Notes under the pieces: generated by a model
Databases searched by the model: none
The model's input: only the letters and a program-made list of their open reading frames with translations
Told to the model about the DNA's origin: nothing
Shown here: one piece after another, positions 1 to 13,856 of the stretch
Numbering within the stretch: position 1 is the stretch's first letter
How the letters are laid out: each line of letters starts with the position of its first letter
Made by a program: the position numbers and the translations under genes
Source of the DNA: the human T2T-CHM13v2.0 reference genome, Homo sapiens
DNA length: 64,000 bases
Assembly: GCF_009914755.1 (NCBI RefSeq)
Contig: NC_060947.1
Reading direction: 5' to 3' (one strand)

Positions 1-1073
1 TGACAAGCAGGTGCTTACGGCTTGGAGCAAGGCACCTAAGTTAAACTCCCCTGGTGACAGGGAGACAAAGACATCATCTTCCTCAACGTTCACCTTTCAA
101 AGAGATGCTCCATGGCCCTGAAGAAAGACATTCCTGGTGGCGGTGTTTGGTAGCTCACACCTGTAATCCCAACACTTTGGGAGGCTGAGGCTGGAGGATC
201 ACTTGAGGCCTGGAGTTCAAGTTCAAGACATTCCTGGGTTATAGGGTGGCCAGAGGCTTACATATCAAAGGAAGAATTTATAAATACAAATTTTCTCAAG
301 GAAATGCTCTAAGGAAAGTGAAATGGGGAAGGTCTCTTCTTGCTCTTTTGGCAACAGGAAAATCTCAATTTTATGTTTAGTTACCCTTACAATTTCCCCC
401 TTTTGTTATTCTTTTATAGTAACAGTACAATTTTCTAGTTATCTCCACTGCTTTGAAATGAGGCTCATTGGCACTGGAGAAGCTGGTTCATTCACACAGT
501 CAGCTTCACATTCCCTCTTTTGATCAAGATCTTTCTTTGAAAACCTCACAAACCTGAGGTGATCCACCCACCTCAGCCTCCCAAACTGCTGGGATTACAG
601 GCGCAAGCCACTGTGCCCGGCCCTATAACCAATGTTTTTAATTGTATCCCTCTAGAGAGAGTGAGCAGAGGTGTCTGTGTATGTCTGTATTGTGCTTTGT
701 GTTTTACAGAACATTAACTCTTTATAAAGCATATATTTCTAACCTAGGAAAATATCAAATGGAAAAGGGATGGGAATACCTTTGATATGTACATTCAGCA
801 GAACTATGTGCTGCCGGGTACAGTTGCATGAACATATACACATCTCCACTTCCTGTGGGAGGAAATTTTAAGAAGAAAATTTTCTTTAGGAATCAGTGCT
901 CCCCCAGGCCTTATTTACAATGTCTGGCTTACTGTCAACCTGTGAGTCTGTCCACCAACCCTACAGGACCTCATATCCCTCCCTTCTCAAATGCCTACCT
1001 CTTCCCTTCCCTTCTCCCCCACCATCAGAAAACAGGCATAGATATATGCAGCCATCAGCTTCTCAAACTTGAT

Positions 1074-1079
1074 TTTATT
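1074..1079 (-). terminator. SPANXN5 polyadenylation signal AATAAA
   Basis: tttatt on the + strand, ~55 nt past the end of the repeat block. Confidence 0.7.
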
Positions 1080-1137
1080 GTAATCATCACCGTTGGTGGT
1101 GAGGATTTGTCCAATTTGGTTTCTCCATGTTTAATTA

Positions 1138-1364
1138 GTCTTCCTCACCCTCCTCTGACGATCCTTCAGATGAGTCTGGGTCTTCTTCCTCCATCAAAGA
1201 TCCTTCAGATGAGTCTAGGTCTTCATCCTCTTGTGAAGATCCTTCAGATAACCCTAGGTCTTCATCCTCCTGTGAAGATCCTTCAGGTAATTGTAGGTCT
1301 TCATCCTGCTTTGAAGATTCTGCAGATGAGTCTAGGTCTTCGTCCTCCTGTGAGGATCCTTCGT
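1138..1364 (-). repeat. SPANX-N 39-bp minisatellite (~6 units) in the SPANXN5 3' UTR
   Basis: Recurring GAAGGATCTTCACAGGAGGATGAAGACCTAGACTCATCT-like unit; translates as EGSSQEDEDLDSS repeats in the SPANXN5 frame. Confidence 0.88.
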
Positions 1365-1398
1365 CCTCCTCCTCTTGGACTGGATTGATGGAGTTCTC

Positions 1399-1542
1399 TC
1401 AGGACTGGTCATTCTCGAGTTGATTTGAATGTATTTTCTTAGTCTTCCTGTAGCACAACACTAATACTGTTGAATATTCTGATGTTTTCATCTTTTTCAA
1501 ACTCGGTTCGAGGACTAAGTCCCTGTTTGGTGTCTCCTGCAT
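1399..1542 (-). CDS. SPANXN5: SPANXN5 coding exon 2 (47 codons + TGA)
   Basis: AG acceptor at 1544-1543, in frame with exon 1. Confidence 0.9.
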   Translation of the reverse strand: MQETPNRDLVLEPSLKKMKTSEYSTVLVLCYRKTKKIHSNQLENDQS

Positions 1543-2259
1543 CTGTTAAGAAAACAGGGAGAGGCCAGAAAGACATTATTTTGGGTGAATAGGATAGAGA
1601 CTGGATAGCAAGGGGGGCTTTATGAGAAGGAATGCAGGTTGAGGAAGGGGTTCGATCCAGAGAAGAACAAGGTTGACTCACAGGGTAGGGATCTATGGGG
1701 AAGAAGAGGAGCATGGGTAGGGTCATCTGTTAGTCCAAACTGCACCATTTTGTAAGTTCTTTGCTATTTTGCAGACCTTGGTCAAAGTGAAACATCCCAT
1801 GGGGGTTCAGGCCGTGAGAAACATCCTGCCTAACCACCTGTCCACAAGGCAGACAAAGGCCCAACTAAAGAAACATCCCTATCATATCTTGCTTGGCAAA
1901 GTTCTAAGGAACACCACAACGATATTCCACCAGAAAAAGGGCCAAACCACCTGATCATAAGAACATCTTATCAATATCCTGCTGGGCAACAAGCCATGCT
2001 GCCCAGATCCCTCCCACCCATACCTGTAAGTACCCCAGGCTGTAAGCGGTGGTGGGATCTGGCATTAAGCTGGTCCCCCACTTCCACAAGCGTCTGCAGT
2101 ATTCCTGTGTTGCTGTTTGAGCTGCCCCCTCTCTGTGTGTCTTTCTTTCACCCTCGCCTTCACTTCAAAACCTAACAATCTTACCTCATCATTTTTGCTG
2201 TTGGAGTCACAGGGGCTCTTCCTCTTCTCCCCATTGGTGCTTGAAGTGGGCTTTTCCAT
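1399..2259 (-). CDS. SPANXN5: SPANX family member N5, 72 aa; join complement(2185..2259,1399..1542)
   Basis: Exon 1 encodes MEKPTSSTNGEKRKSPCDSNSKNDE and ends GAG|GTAAG. A 642-nt intron follows, then acceptor ttaacag|. Exon 2 encodes MQETPNRDLVLEPSLKKMKTSEYSTVLVLCYRKTKKIHSNQLENDQS then TGA (1399-1401). Protein recognised as SPANX-N5. Confidence 0.93.
1728..2177 (+). mobile_element. Solo ERV LTR (LTR18-like) in the SPANXN5 intron
   Basis: TGTTAG...CTAACA termini, ~450 bp. An intronic LTR is a known SPANX-family feature. Subfamily not verified. Confidence 0.7.
2185..2259 (-). CDS. SPANXN5: SPANXN5 coding exon 1 (25 codons)
   Basis: ATG at 2259, phase-0 GT donor at 2184. Confidence 0.9.
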
Positions 2260-3644
2260 GATTCTGGTTGGTTGTTGAATGTCTACAGCAGGATCTTGTA
2301 GAGTCCAGACTTCCACAGCTATATTGAAGCTTCCCAGTGGCCCAGAGCTCTTGCCCTCCCTATATATACCCTCCTGGTGACAAGGCAAAGCCACACCCTT
2401 GAGCTTTGTTTGATCATACAGGCAGTGTCCCAGCCAATGGCAGTCCAAGGGTGGCTTAGACATCACAAAGCACCACTGCTGACCACTCCCTGGGCTTGTG
2501 GGGGAGGGGTGACAGGGGTGTAGAGGAAACCAAATGCTGCTGTTGTTTCAGCATCCCCTGAAGACGCATCCCAAACTGATCTGCTGCCGCTCCTCATTTC
2601 TCCATGTTTAATGTTCATGGTTCACATGGAAGTGAGAGGTTGATTCTGTCAAGCCCTTCCCCACAGCCATTCCTATTAAGTGATTCATTCTTTTGTCTTC
2701 CAGCCCTCACCATGACTTAGTATTTTAGATGTCTCACCTCAAATCCCCCAAGCTAGTGTGGCTACATTTAATTATTGGTGGAGATGTGAATTATCCCATT
2801 TCCCTCTTACAGTTCCTTCATATGCACCTTGAAGACCATTTACTCTTGGGCTACTGCCAGGCAAATTTCAACCCATGTTCTTTTACCCAATGTCCATGTA
2901 GTTCTTTTAAGTTTCCTATTTCCAATCTGAAACAATGGCCTCAGTCTGTCAAAACTTTAGTGAATTAACATTCTTTACCTTGCATCCTAGTCTTGTTTCA
3001 AATCAGGGGTGTATGTTCATAGTAAATGTAGTATCCCAACATGAATTCTACCAGTATGTGGGGTGGGGGAAGGAGTAAATATTCAAGTGCTGGAAGTTGT
3101 CCTGAGTATTTACCTGCAGGATACTGCAATCTAAGACTAATATGTGCAAGAATGTGGGCATAGCTAAGCTTTGCACTGGAGATTGTGTCCAGTGACAAAA
3201 AAAAATGCATTCAGATTGGAAGGGAGAAGTAAAAGTATCTTTTGTCAAAGACTACATGAGAGTGTATGTAGAAAATCAATCTAAAAAAAATGCTTCTACA
3301 ATAATTGAGGTTAGCAAGATTGCAGAGTAAGCGATCAACATATAAATCAATTGTATGTTTATCTAGTAGAAGTTATATATTAGAAATTTGCATCCAGTTT
3401 TCACCTATAGTCATCATGTCAATATGAATAATGACACATTTTTCACCGGAAAGTATTCCCATTTGTATAATTAATTAAATGGTAATATAAGTTTTAAGGT
3501 ATCACTATCATTATTGGCATTAAGACGTGAAAGAGTTATACATCATAAGCAGTGAGGCAAAGAAAAAGACATGGAGAGGGAAACAAAATCGGAGAGTAAC
3601 ACATCTGGAAAGCTAAATATTTGCTTCTAAAAGTGACTGTTTTT

Positions 3645-3940
3645 GGCTGGGCGCAGTGGCTCACGCCTGTAATCCCAGCACTTTGGGAGGCCGAGGCAGG
3701 CAGATCACCAGGTCAAGAGATCAAGACCATCCTGGCTAACACGATGAAACCCCGTCTCTACTAAAAATACAAAAAATTAGCCAGGCGTGGTGGCTGGTGC
3801 CTATAGTCCCAGTTGCTCGGGAGGCTGAGGCAGGAGAATGGCATGAACCCGGGAGGCGGGGCTTGCAGTGAGCCAAGATTGTGCCACTGCACTGCAGCCT
3901 GGGCAACAGAGAGAGACTCCATCTCAAAAAAAAAAAAAAG
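3645..3940 (+). mobile_element. Alu (S/Y type)
   Basis: GGCTGGGCGCAGTGGCTCACGCC...polyA; TSD-like aaagtgactgttttt / aaggtgactgtgttt. Confidence 0.92.
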
Positions 3941-4952
3941 GTGACTGTGTTTTGAGGTACAACTGGCAAATTTCACGTCCTTCCACAGTCTTTGTGATGT
4001 TCAGATATTCAGGTATTTCAGGGATATATTAAATAGTGTAGGCATTCTGAGCATATCAACCATATCATCCACACTCTGAAAACATTAGTGTTCAAGAATG
4101 TATTCCCTTTCAATTATGCCCTACATTCAATATCTGTGTCTTGTTCATATTCTGTGTTGTGCCTTTTCCATTTTCTTCAAGATTGTTTAATCTACTGGAT
4201 GCTCTTCCTAGCTATTTCTCAAAAGAACATTCTATTAAATTTATTAATATCAAATTAGTTTTCCTTTTGTTAATGATGCATACCTTTCATTTACTGCCTT
4301 TTTCCCTTAAGTTTATTCTGTGACTCTTATTATTTTGCTCTTTCTTAATATTATTTTCTTGTGTCATGGAATTTGCTATCTATTTTAATAAGATATACAT
4401 TTAATGCTATGACTGTCCTAAGAATACAACTGAGGCTTGTTCAGTAGCCTCCTGGAAATCATCTGAAAACAATCTTTTAATGTTAATAGCCTAATGGAGT
4501 GGTTCAGAAGTGTGGAGTAAAAACATTTAGGTAATTTCTCCCCTAAACATGCAGTGCTTCCTTTAAATTCAGAAGTTCTTCTAATTAAGTCAGCAATTTG
4601 GAAAACATGTGTAAAAGATACTTACGTGGACTACTCAGGACTTAGTATGTTATAGTCTTTGAACTTTAAATCGTATCTTCTGATGACTCAAGGCAGAAAC
4701 CTGTAATATATAACCTCTGATATGGTTAGAGGTTACCATATGTGTCTTCAATCTAATTATACACAGTAGCTCATGAAGACTGACAGGAGGGCAGGGAGCA
4801 TGCTTAGCCCAGGCATCTTACAAACACCTTGAGCATCACTGACCTACATGCATGCTCCCTACTTCTTGGGTCACAAAAACTTGACTGTCTCTTTCCATTT
4901 TATTATTCAGTCATTCAAGGTCTCACTGCGGGAAGACTTTAAAATGCAATCA

Positions 4953-5264
<312 letters not shown>

Positions 5265-5734
5265 TTAAGAGCCTGAGAGAATTCAGGATTTGACAAAATC
5301 CAAGAACACTCATGAAGGTCTCCATACAGGAAAACAAACATCAAGTAGAGTGCCAGCTCATTTACTTAGGAGCAATGAAATCTCAACTCGGATATTATAA
5401 TTGGACTGAAGCTGATGGTTATGATAAACAAATCACGAAAATGAAATTATCTTTGTATTTTCTCCAACAGAACCGAAACATGCAGAAATCAGCAATGAAA
5501 TGATTTTAATCTATCTGATGTGCATTCACTACTTTCAATAAAAGCAAAAACCGGTGCAGGATTTATGTGTTTTGTCCAGAATCTCACAAATTATCTTAGA
5601 GCTGGTATTAGAATCTTCTTCAGGGTCAGCATATTTCATACGAAGTGGTATTACAAATGTATTATGTATTTGTGAAAAGCAGAAAGTAGAAAATAATCTA
5701 CAAATTTTTAGCTGTTGGTTATACTCAGAAGTAA

Positions 5735-6082
<348 letters not shown>

Positions 6083-7394
6083 CTTCTATTTGATGATTCA
6101 ATATGGCTTTGACCCAGTTTGTGTCTGTATCTGATAGTCTTTCAGTTTTGCAGTCAGGCTTCTGGGGTCTCGACTACCTTCCCGAGAAAGTCTGCATTTG
6201 GACTCTGTTTTTAAAGGGGCAGTAATGTTCTCTCTTTTCATTATCAAAAGTGTAATATTATGGAATACAGAAAGCACGTAATTTTGAATCTTAATGGATA
6301 ACATACCTCCTTCTGGCATTTTAAATTGCTCTCATTTTGTCAGAATCTTCCCCCTGGACACCAGGGCCAACTCCACATTCATCCCCAGTCTTTGACTGAG
6401 ACAGCTTCTGGAGATCAGCTTCCAGGTCAGGTACTAAAAAATACCAAGGATATCGACTGGAGCAGCCAAACCAGAATGATAAATAAGGAAATGATCCTAT
6501 TCTTTTCCTCAGTGTGATGCAATAAAAGCCTGTAGGCTACTGTGGTAATAAATGTGATGCAAAGATGTCCCCGTTTGTTTTCCTGTATTATGATATCTTA
6601 ACTAACAATCTGAGGATAAATCACACCACACCTACATTTCCCATACTTTTTAACATTGTGTGTTATAAACACTCAGCTACCTAGGAAATCTGAAGTATCT
6701 CAGCTACCTAGGAAATCTGAAGACTGCCCCGTGGATAGCATTTTAATCATACCTTAAATATAATGTTCTGAATGATTAGATCAATGTACTGGTCTGCTTA
6801 TGACAAATCTTATAGTCCTGACACTAATTCCCTGTTCAGGTACCCTGAAAGTGTTGGGGTTAAACTTAATTAATGTTTAGGTCCAAAGGCCCTATATGTC
6901 ATTAAGAAAAAGTACCCGATACAACAGCAAAACCACTGTCTTCCAATGAGAGTACGGGAACTGAAGTGCAGAGAAATTAATGGGCATTGTTGACAGTCAT
7001 ATTCTGGAAACCCCTTAACAGTGAATTGCTAAAATAATCCATGGCCCAAATTCTGTCTATCTTTAGTTCGAAAGTGCTATCTATTCGTTGAGGAAACAAT
7101 TTCTGTTTCATGATAATCTTATTGTACTTGGAGTTTTCTAATTATAAAAATATTGAAACAAGTTTTAAAAGCCCCTTCAAAGTCCTACTGATATAGTTAT
7201 CTGTATTCCAGTGTCCTGAATTATCCACCTTTTACCAAACATACTGTCAAAAATAGGCATCAGAGGAAACAGTGGCTGTCATTTATTGGCCTCTTTTCTG
7301 GAGACGCTATCCTACTTCACTGAACTGCGTTTTGTCCTGAGTCAATGCTGAGTACCTTACAGTGCAGACATATTTGAGTATTAAGCATTTTTAA

Positions 7395-7851
<457 letters not shown>

Positions 7852-7926
7852 TGAGTCAGGCACATGCAGGGCCGGCCAGGGTTTTCCTGCTATCCCCACA
7901 CCCTTATCCCAGGTAGTTTGTAGTAG

Positions 7927-8295
<369 letters not shown>

Positions 8296-9234
8296 TGAGT
8301 TGCTCAGGCTGCTTTCAAACACATGGCCTCAAGTGATCCTCCCATGCCTGCCAATTTTTATACATGCTTTTTATACATGCTGTAGACAATCAATTCACAC
8401 CTGTACTTTTTTTTAAGGTTGTGTTATTGCACTTTTATACCTCTTGACTGGTAGCTGATTTCCTTGAATACCTGTAAGGTAATCACTGGCTCACCAATGA
8501 ATGTGGTTTTAACAATGGCTCACAGTGGCTTGGAAAGCCCTCATGGGAAGTATTTCTGAGGAAAAGTGGAGAGTGTGCAGGAATAGTTTTGAAAAACAGA
8601 GACAACCGATGTCCTCCTTCCCTCCCTTGCCTCTCCTCATGTGCCAGGTTTTCTGTTTTCTCCACTATTACAGAATCACCATGTTGTATCCTGTGATGAA
8701 AAGTTTTTATCTCTTTAATCATCCCATTTCGTCCTCCAGACCTTTTTTTTTCTGGAAGGGTTGTAAGCAGAAGGGACGAAACATCTTCAGAAAAACACAT
8801 TATGATATAAACTTAGTGAAAAGATTCATCATATTTAAGAAATGGACAGGATGAAATCCTGAATTCATAAAAATTTTAAAAATCAGTTTACATAACATCC
8901 ATCCCTTTTGTCTCTATCCCTTATCCAGTGAGAAGTGTAGAAAAGATGAATTCCTCACTTGTGGCAACTGCATTAAGTAGTCAAACTGCTGGACCCTCTC
9001 CGTCAGTATCACACATCCAGATGTAATAGCCACAAAACACAAAGACATTTTACAACTGTACCTTTTTTTTTATCTCATTGTAATTTCCATCAAAACCCTA
9101 GCACTGAACTCAACATTCACAGAGTTATGATACCATGGCCAAGAGAAATCCTGCCTCAAATGTTGGGAGGAGGCTGCAGCACTGGCAGTCCAGCTGAAGA
9201 CAAGGCTGAAATGTGTCTTCACACACCCCACTCC

Positions 9235-9521
9235 CTTTTTGAGACAGGGTTTCTCTCTGTCATCCAGGCTGGAATACACTGGAGGACTTAGAGCTCACCA
9301 CAACCTAGGAGTCCTAGGCTCAAGCAATCCTCCTGTGTTACCTTCCTGAGTAGATGGGACTACAGACATGTGCCATGATACCCAGCTAATTTTAAAAATT
9401 GTGTAGAGCAGGGGTCTCACTATGTTGCCCAGGCTGGTCTTGAACTCCTGGCTTCAAGTGATTCTCCTCCCTCAGCCTCTCAAAATACTGGGATTACAGG
9501 TGTGAGCCGCTGCATGTGGCC
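9235..9521 (-). mobile_element. AluJ-like
   Basis: Diverged reverse Alu. Confidence 0.85.
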
Positions 9522-11029
9522 TTTTTTTCTCTCACTTTTTTTCCTTTATCTAAGACTTAAGTTTTATCTAAGGCTTTGCTTTAGCCCAGGAAACTGATTT
9601 TTTCCCTCCCACTTAGAGGAAAGAGCAATTCAAACCTTCAGGATTTTTGGCCTACTGAAAGTTCATTGGCAACAATTGTATCCTGTCTCTACCTGCCTGC
9701 AGGAGAAAACAAAAATTAAAGTCAGCACCAGACTGCGATTTTCCTCCGTACATTATCCTGCACAGAACAGCGGTCGAGGGATCCAGTCAGCCAGTTCTCT
9801 CACAGTTGGAGGGATTATTGTTAATGCTGTGAGTACATGTATTCTTCATAAAAGACAACAGCTCAGCTGCTGCTTCATACTATGGGGAAATCCATAGTCT
9901 CCCAGGAGTGACAGCTTCCTCATCTCTACCCCTTCGCTCTTCCTTTACTCAAAGAAAGTTTCACCATATTGTAGTGAGTCAGGGTCCTGCTGGTGAATCA
10001 CACGGTTGCTGACAGTGTGTCAGGAACCCCCAAGGCCACCCTCACCTTCAGTGATTCATGGACATTCTCTGCTGCCCTTCTGCATACAATACTCCTAACT
10101 GAAGCCAGCCCCCTCACCTCAGGTCAGTATACCATGCCTCCCACCTTGTCATGGGCTTTGCTCCTACAGTGATCACTCCTCTCTCCTGAAGCATCGACTG
10201 CTCCCTCTACATTGGATCATTCCCCAAGCTACGGGAAAACTCACCCTCTTCCCCCATGTCCTTCTCTAGCTATGAACACATTTAATTCCTGCCCTGCAAA
10301 GGAAAACTGCATGAACTTATGCAACACACTTCACTGGAGTCCATTTTCAAAATTATCTACATAGGAAAATGAACCAGAATATCCAAAGCAATTCTGAAGT
10401 TTAACTTTGGGGAATTCACCCTACAGGAGGTCAAGATTCACATTAATTCTATTATATTTATTGATTGATTATGTTATCAGTGCATTGGAAGAAGGTGACT
10501 TCCCCCTTGGCTTGGGGATTGATCCAATATAGAGGGAGCTGTTGATGGTTCAGGAGAGAAGAGAGATCAGTGCAGGAGCAGAGCCCCTGAGAAGGTGGGA
10601 GGCATGGGATCCTCAGCTGAGGTGAGGGTGCTGCCTTGAGTTAGGAAGCATTGCATGAAGTTGTTGATTATGATTCTTAATCATCCAGCCCCATATGGCA
10701 ATTGTGTTACTTCTCCAGTATTCAAGACAGTATGGTATTGGAGAAAAATCAACAGGTCAAAATAGAGCCAGCAATAGACTCACAAACCTAATAAGTTGAT
10801 TTTCAGAAAAGTGGCAAAGGCAATGGACAAAGATTATCTTTTTAAAATATTGTGTTGTTTTCTCCTGTCTCGTGGCCACTACATTAATTGATTTTTATTC
10901 CTCTGGTTCCCTTCCCTGTGTTTCTCCTTTGCACTTCAACTGCTGTTTTGTTTGTCTGTCTTCCCCACCACAGTGCAATATTTCCCACAGCAAGGACCAC
11001 TTGTCTTTGTGATATTTGAGATGTCCAAC

Positions 11030-11450
11030 CCGTCAATGAGAAACCGAATCAAGAAAATGCGGTACATGTACACCATGGAATACCATGCAGCCATAAAAAG
11101 AATGAGATCATGTCCTTGGCAGAGACATGGATGGTGGCGGCAGCCACTATCCTTAGCAAACTAATGCAGGAACAGAAAACCAAATACCAGATGTCCTCAC
11201 TTTTAAGTGAGAGCTAAATGATTAAAACACATGGACACATGGGAGAAGCATCACACACTGGGCCTACTGGACTGCGGGGGTGGGAGGAGGGAGAGGGTCA
11301 GGAAGAATAGCTCGTGGATGCTGGGCTTAATACCAGGGTGATGTGATGATGTGTGCAGTAAATCACCGTGGCACATATTTACCTATGTAAGAAACCTGCA
11401 CATCCTGCACATGTACCCCTAAGCTTAAAGTAAATTTTGGAAATAAAAAA
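11030..11450 (+). mobile_element. L1 3' end fragment (older L1P)
   Basis: Translates YTMEYHAAIK, followed by L1 3' UTR and A-rich end. Confidence 0.85.
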
Positions 11451-13305
11451 TGTCAATATTTCAGAATCCTTCTTTCCATGTGTTGGTCATTGTGTCATTT
11501 ATCTAAGCATTATGGTGACATGAAAGCTGAGGCATAATAACAATTAGTATGATCAGCAATTTTCCAGGATTATGCCCCAGTATGATCTAACATCAACTAC
11601 TAATATTGAATTGCATTTGACTCCTGGAAGTACTTAAGGAAAGTTGGTAAGAAAAAATACTCATCCTTGAAAATATTTTTAAAATTTGTATAAATTGGAT
11701 CAACACTGAATACCACAGATGTCACTGTCACTGGATACTAATGAAGTACATAATGGACCCATAAGACACAATCAATAATAAAGGGGGAAATAAAAGGGAA
11801 CATATCAAAGCACTGTCAGACGAGTGCAGAAGCACACACATGGTCACACCTGCAGCTGCAGAAAGACATGGTAGGAAGTAAAGCCCCACAACTCATCAGC
11901 CTTCCTTCTCACCAGCTCATGAGTTCACAAATGAGTTTGCTGAGGGTCAAATGCCCACAGTAAAACTGACCAATTTAAACATCACTGAGTGCCATTTCAA
12001 GCATTATGTAGAAAGCTACAGAGAACAGTGAACTTATTCTGAGCAAATCTTAATCCATCATCTTCACAGATGGCTATAGAAATGGCCTGTAAACATTTTA
12101 TCTGATAACCACTAAAGTAATGACGTTCAAACTCTTTTATGACAACGTGTGAGAAATACACAGTTTATATATAGTCAACTAGGCAAATAAATATATGTAT
12201 GTACATGGAGATGTGTAGTGTATTTGTATATTCTATATACAGTGAACGCTATTTAGTAATTTATCTCCATTCTTTAAAATGCTGTTTGTGGCTGACAACA
12301 TTCATCTTATGATCCACTATGAATTAAAAACCAGTTTAGAAATGATTACAGCTTTTTCAGAGAACATCCCCCATGGTTGATAAATGTTGCTATAGAATAT
12401 ATGCAAATATACATGAGAACCCAATTTTGTCCACCTCCTTTGCAATTCAGTGTTTTTAGACAAAAATGTCATCTTTGATATGGGCCACAAAGGCTACTAC
12501 AAAATATACAATTACTGATGAAATGTGTGCTTCATCTGCAGATATCAGCGTCTGTTTTGCACAGGTGAAGTCTTACTTGGAGAAGTGGGAACTCACAGGC
12601 AAAAGGAACAGAAAGTACATGTGACTTCTTGTCCTCTTGATATCATGTGGAGGCTTTGCTTGGGCTGCAGCATAGCTGAATGTCATGCATTGCATGCATT
12701 CACAGGGAGGTCCCTGTGTGACCTCCATTCCCCTATGGTGCTCCCATTTTATGAAGCAAGTGGGAGAGCTACACTGAAAATGGTAGGTAGTAAATAATTT
12801 GGCCTCAACCACCAAGCAATCTGAGCTCACGTGACAGCGTTTACTCTGGTACCCTGAAACTTGCCAGCTGCTCAGAATCTGTAGACTTTGTCCCACCCAC
12901 CCACCATCCTGTGGAAATCTATGTTTGGTCATAGATTCCCGTGTATGGAGGATGGGAAGCTCTGGTCATGTGGGAAATTGAGCCCTCCCACAGGTAGACC
13001 GGCTGTGTTGCTCCCAGCTCTGTTTCCTCCCTTAGCAGCTAGAGAGTTGCTAGGGTCATGTATCAGGCAACTCTTCTTGTCTCTACAGTGTCTTTCATAC
13101 TTTCCGCTGCTTCCTGTTTGTCACAAGGACTCTTTCACAACTTTCCCAATCCCAATCCTAATATGATCCTTTGAACTCATCCAGCAGGTCTGGAGTTATG
13201 GCCCACAGGAATGGCAGCGGGAAGTTCAAATTTGGCAAGAAATTCAAGCCTGCTCTTTGAGGCTGGAGTGAGGCCACTCAGGAATCATTAAAGTCCAGGT
13301 CTGCA

Positions 13306-13856
13306 TGTGATGGTTAATATTAAGTGTCAACTTGATTGGATCGAAGGATGCAAAGTATTGTTCCTGGGTGTGTCTGAGAGTGTGCTGTCAAAGGAGATTA
13401 ATATTTGAGTCAGTGAACTGGGAGAGGTAGACCCACCCTCAGTCTGTGTGGGCACCATCTAATAATCAATTGCCAGCGCCACTAGAACAAACCAGGCAGA
13501 AGAACATGGAAAACTAGACTTGCTGAGTCTTCCAGCCTCCAACTATCTCCGGTGCTGCATGCCTCCTGCCCTCGAACAACAGACTCCAGGTTCTTCAGCT
13601 TTTGGACTCTTGAACTTACACCAGTGATCTGCCAGGGGCTCTCGGGACTTTGGACATAGACTAAAGGCTGCAATGTTGGCTTCAATACTTTTGAGGTTTT
13701 GGAACTCGGACTGCCTTCCTTGCTTCTCAGGTTGCTGATGGCCTATTGTGGGACTTCACCTTGTCACCATGTGAGTCAATACTCCTTAATAAACCTTACT
13801 TCATATATACATCTGTCCTATTAGTTCTGTCCTTCTACAGATCCCTAACTAATACA
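13306..13856 (+). mobile_element. MLT2A-type ERVL solo LTR
   Basis: TGTGATGGTTAATATTAAGTGTCAACTTGATTGG...CCCTAACTAATACA, with internal AATAAA. Confidence 0.88.

Noticed and set aside
1138-1364. Regular repeat array resembling CRISPR
   Set aside because: Head-to-tail 39-bp units with no unique spacers, in a primate genome.
828-1388. 186-aa + strand ORF with repeats (LQMSLGLHPP)
   Set aside because: Antisense reading of the SPANXN5 39-bp minisatellite; no independent gene evidence.
2065-2466. 133-aa ORF
   Set aside because: Contains SPANXN5 exon 1 but extends into promoter and intron/LTR sequence; the true CDS is spliced.
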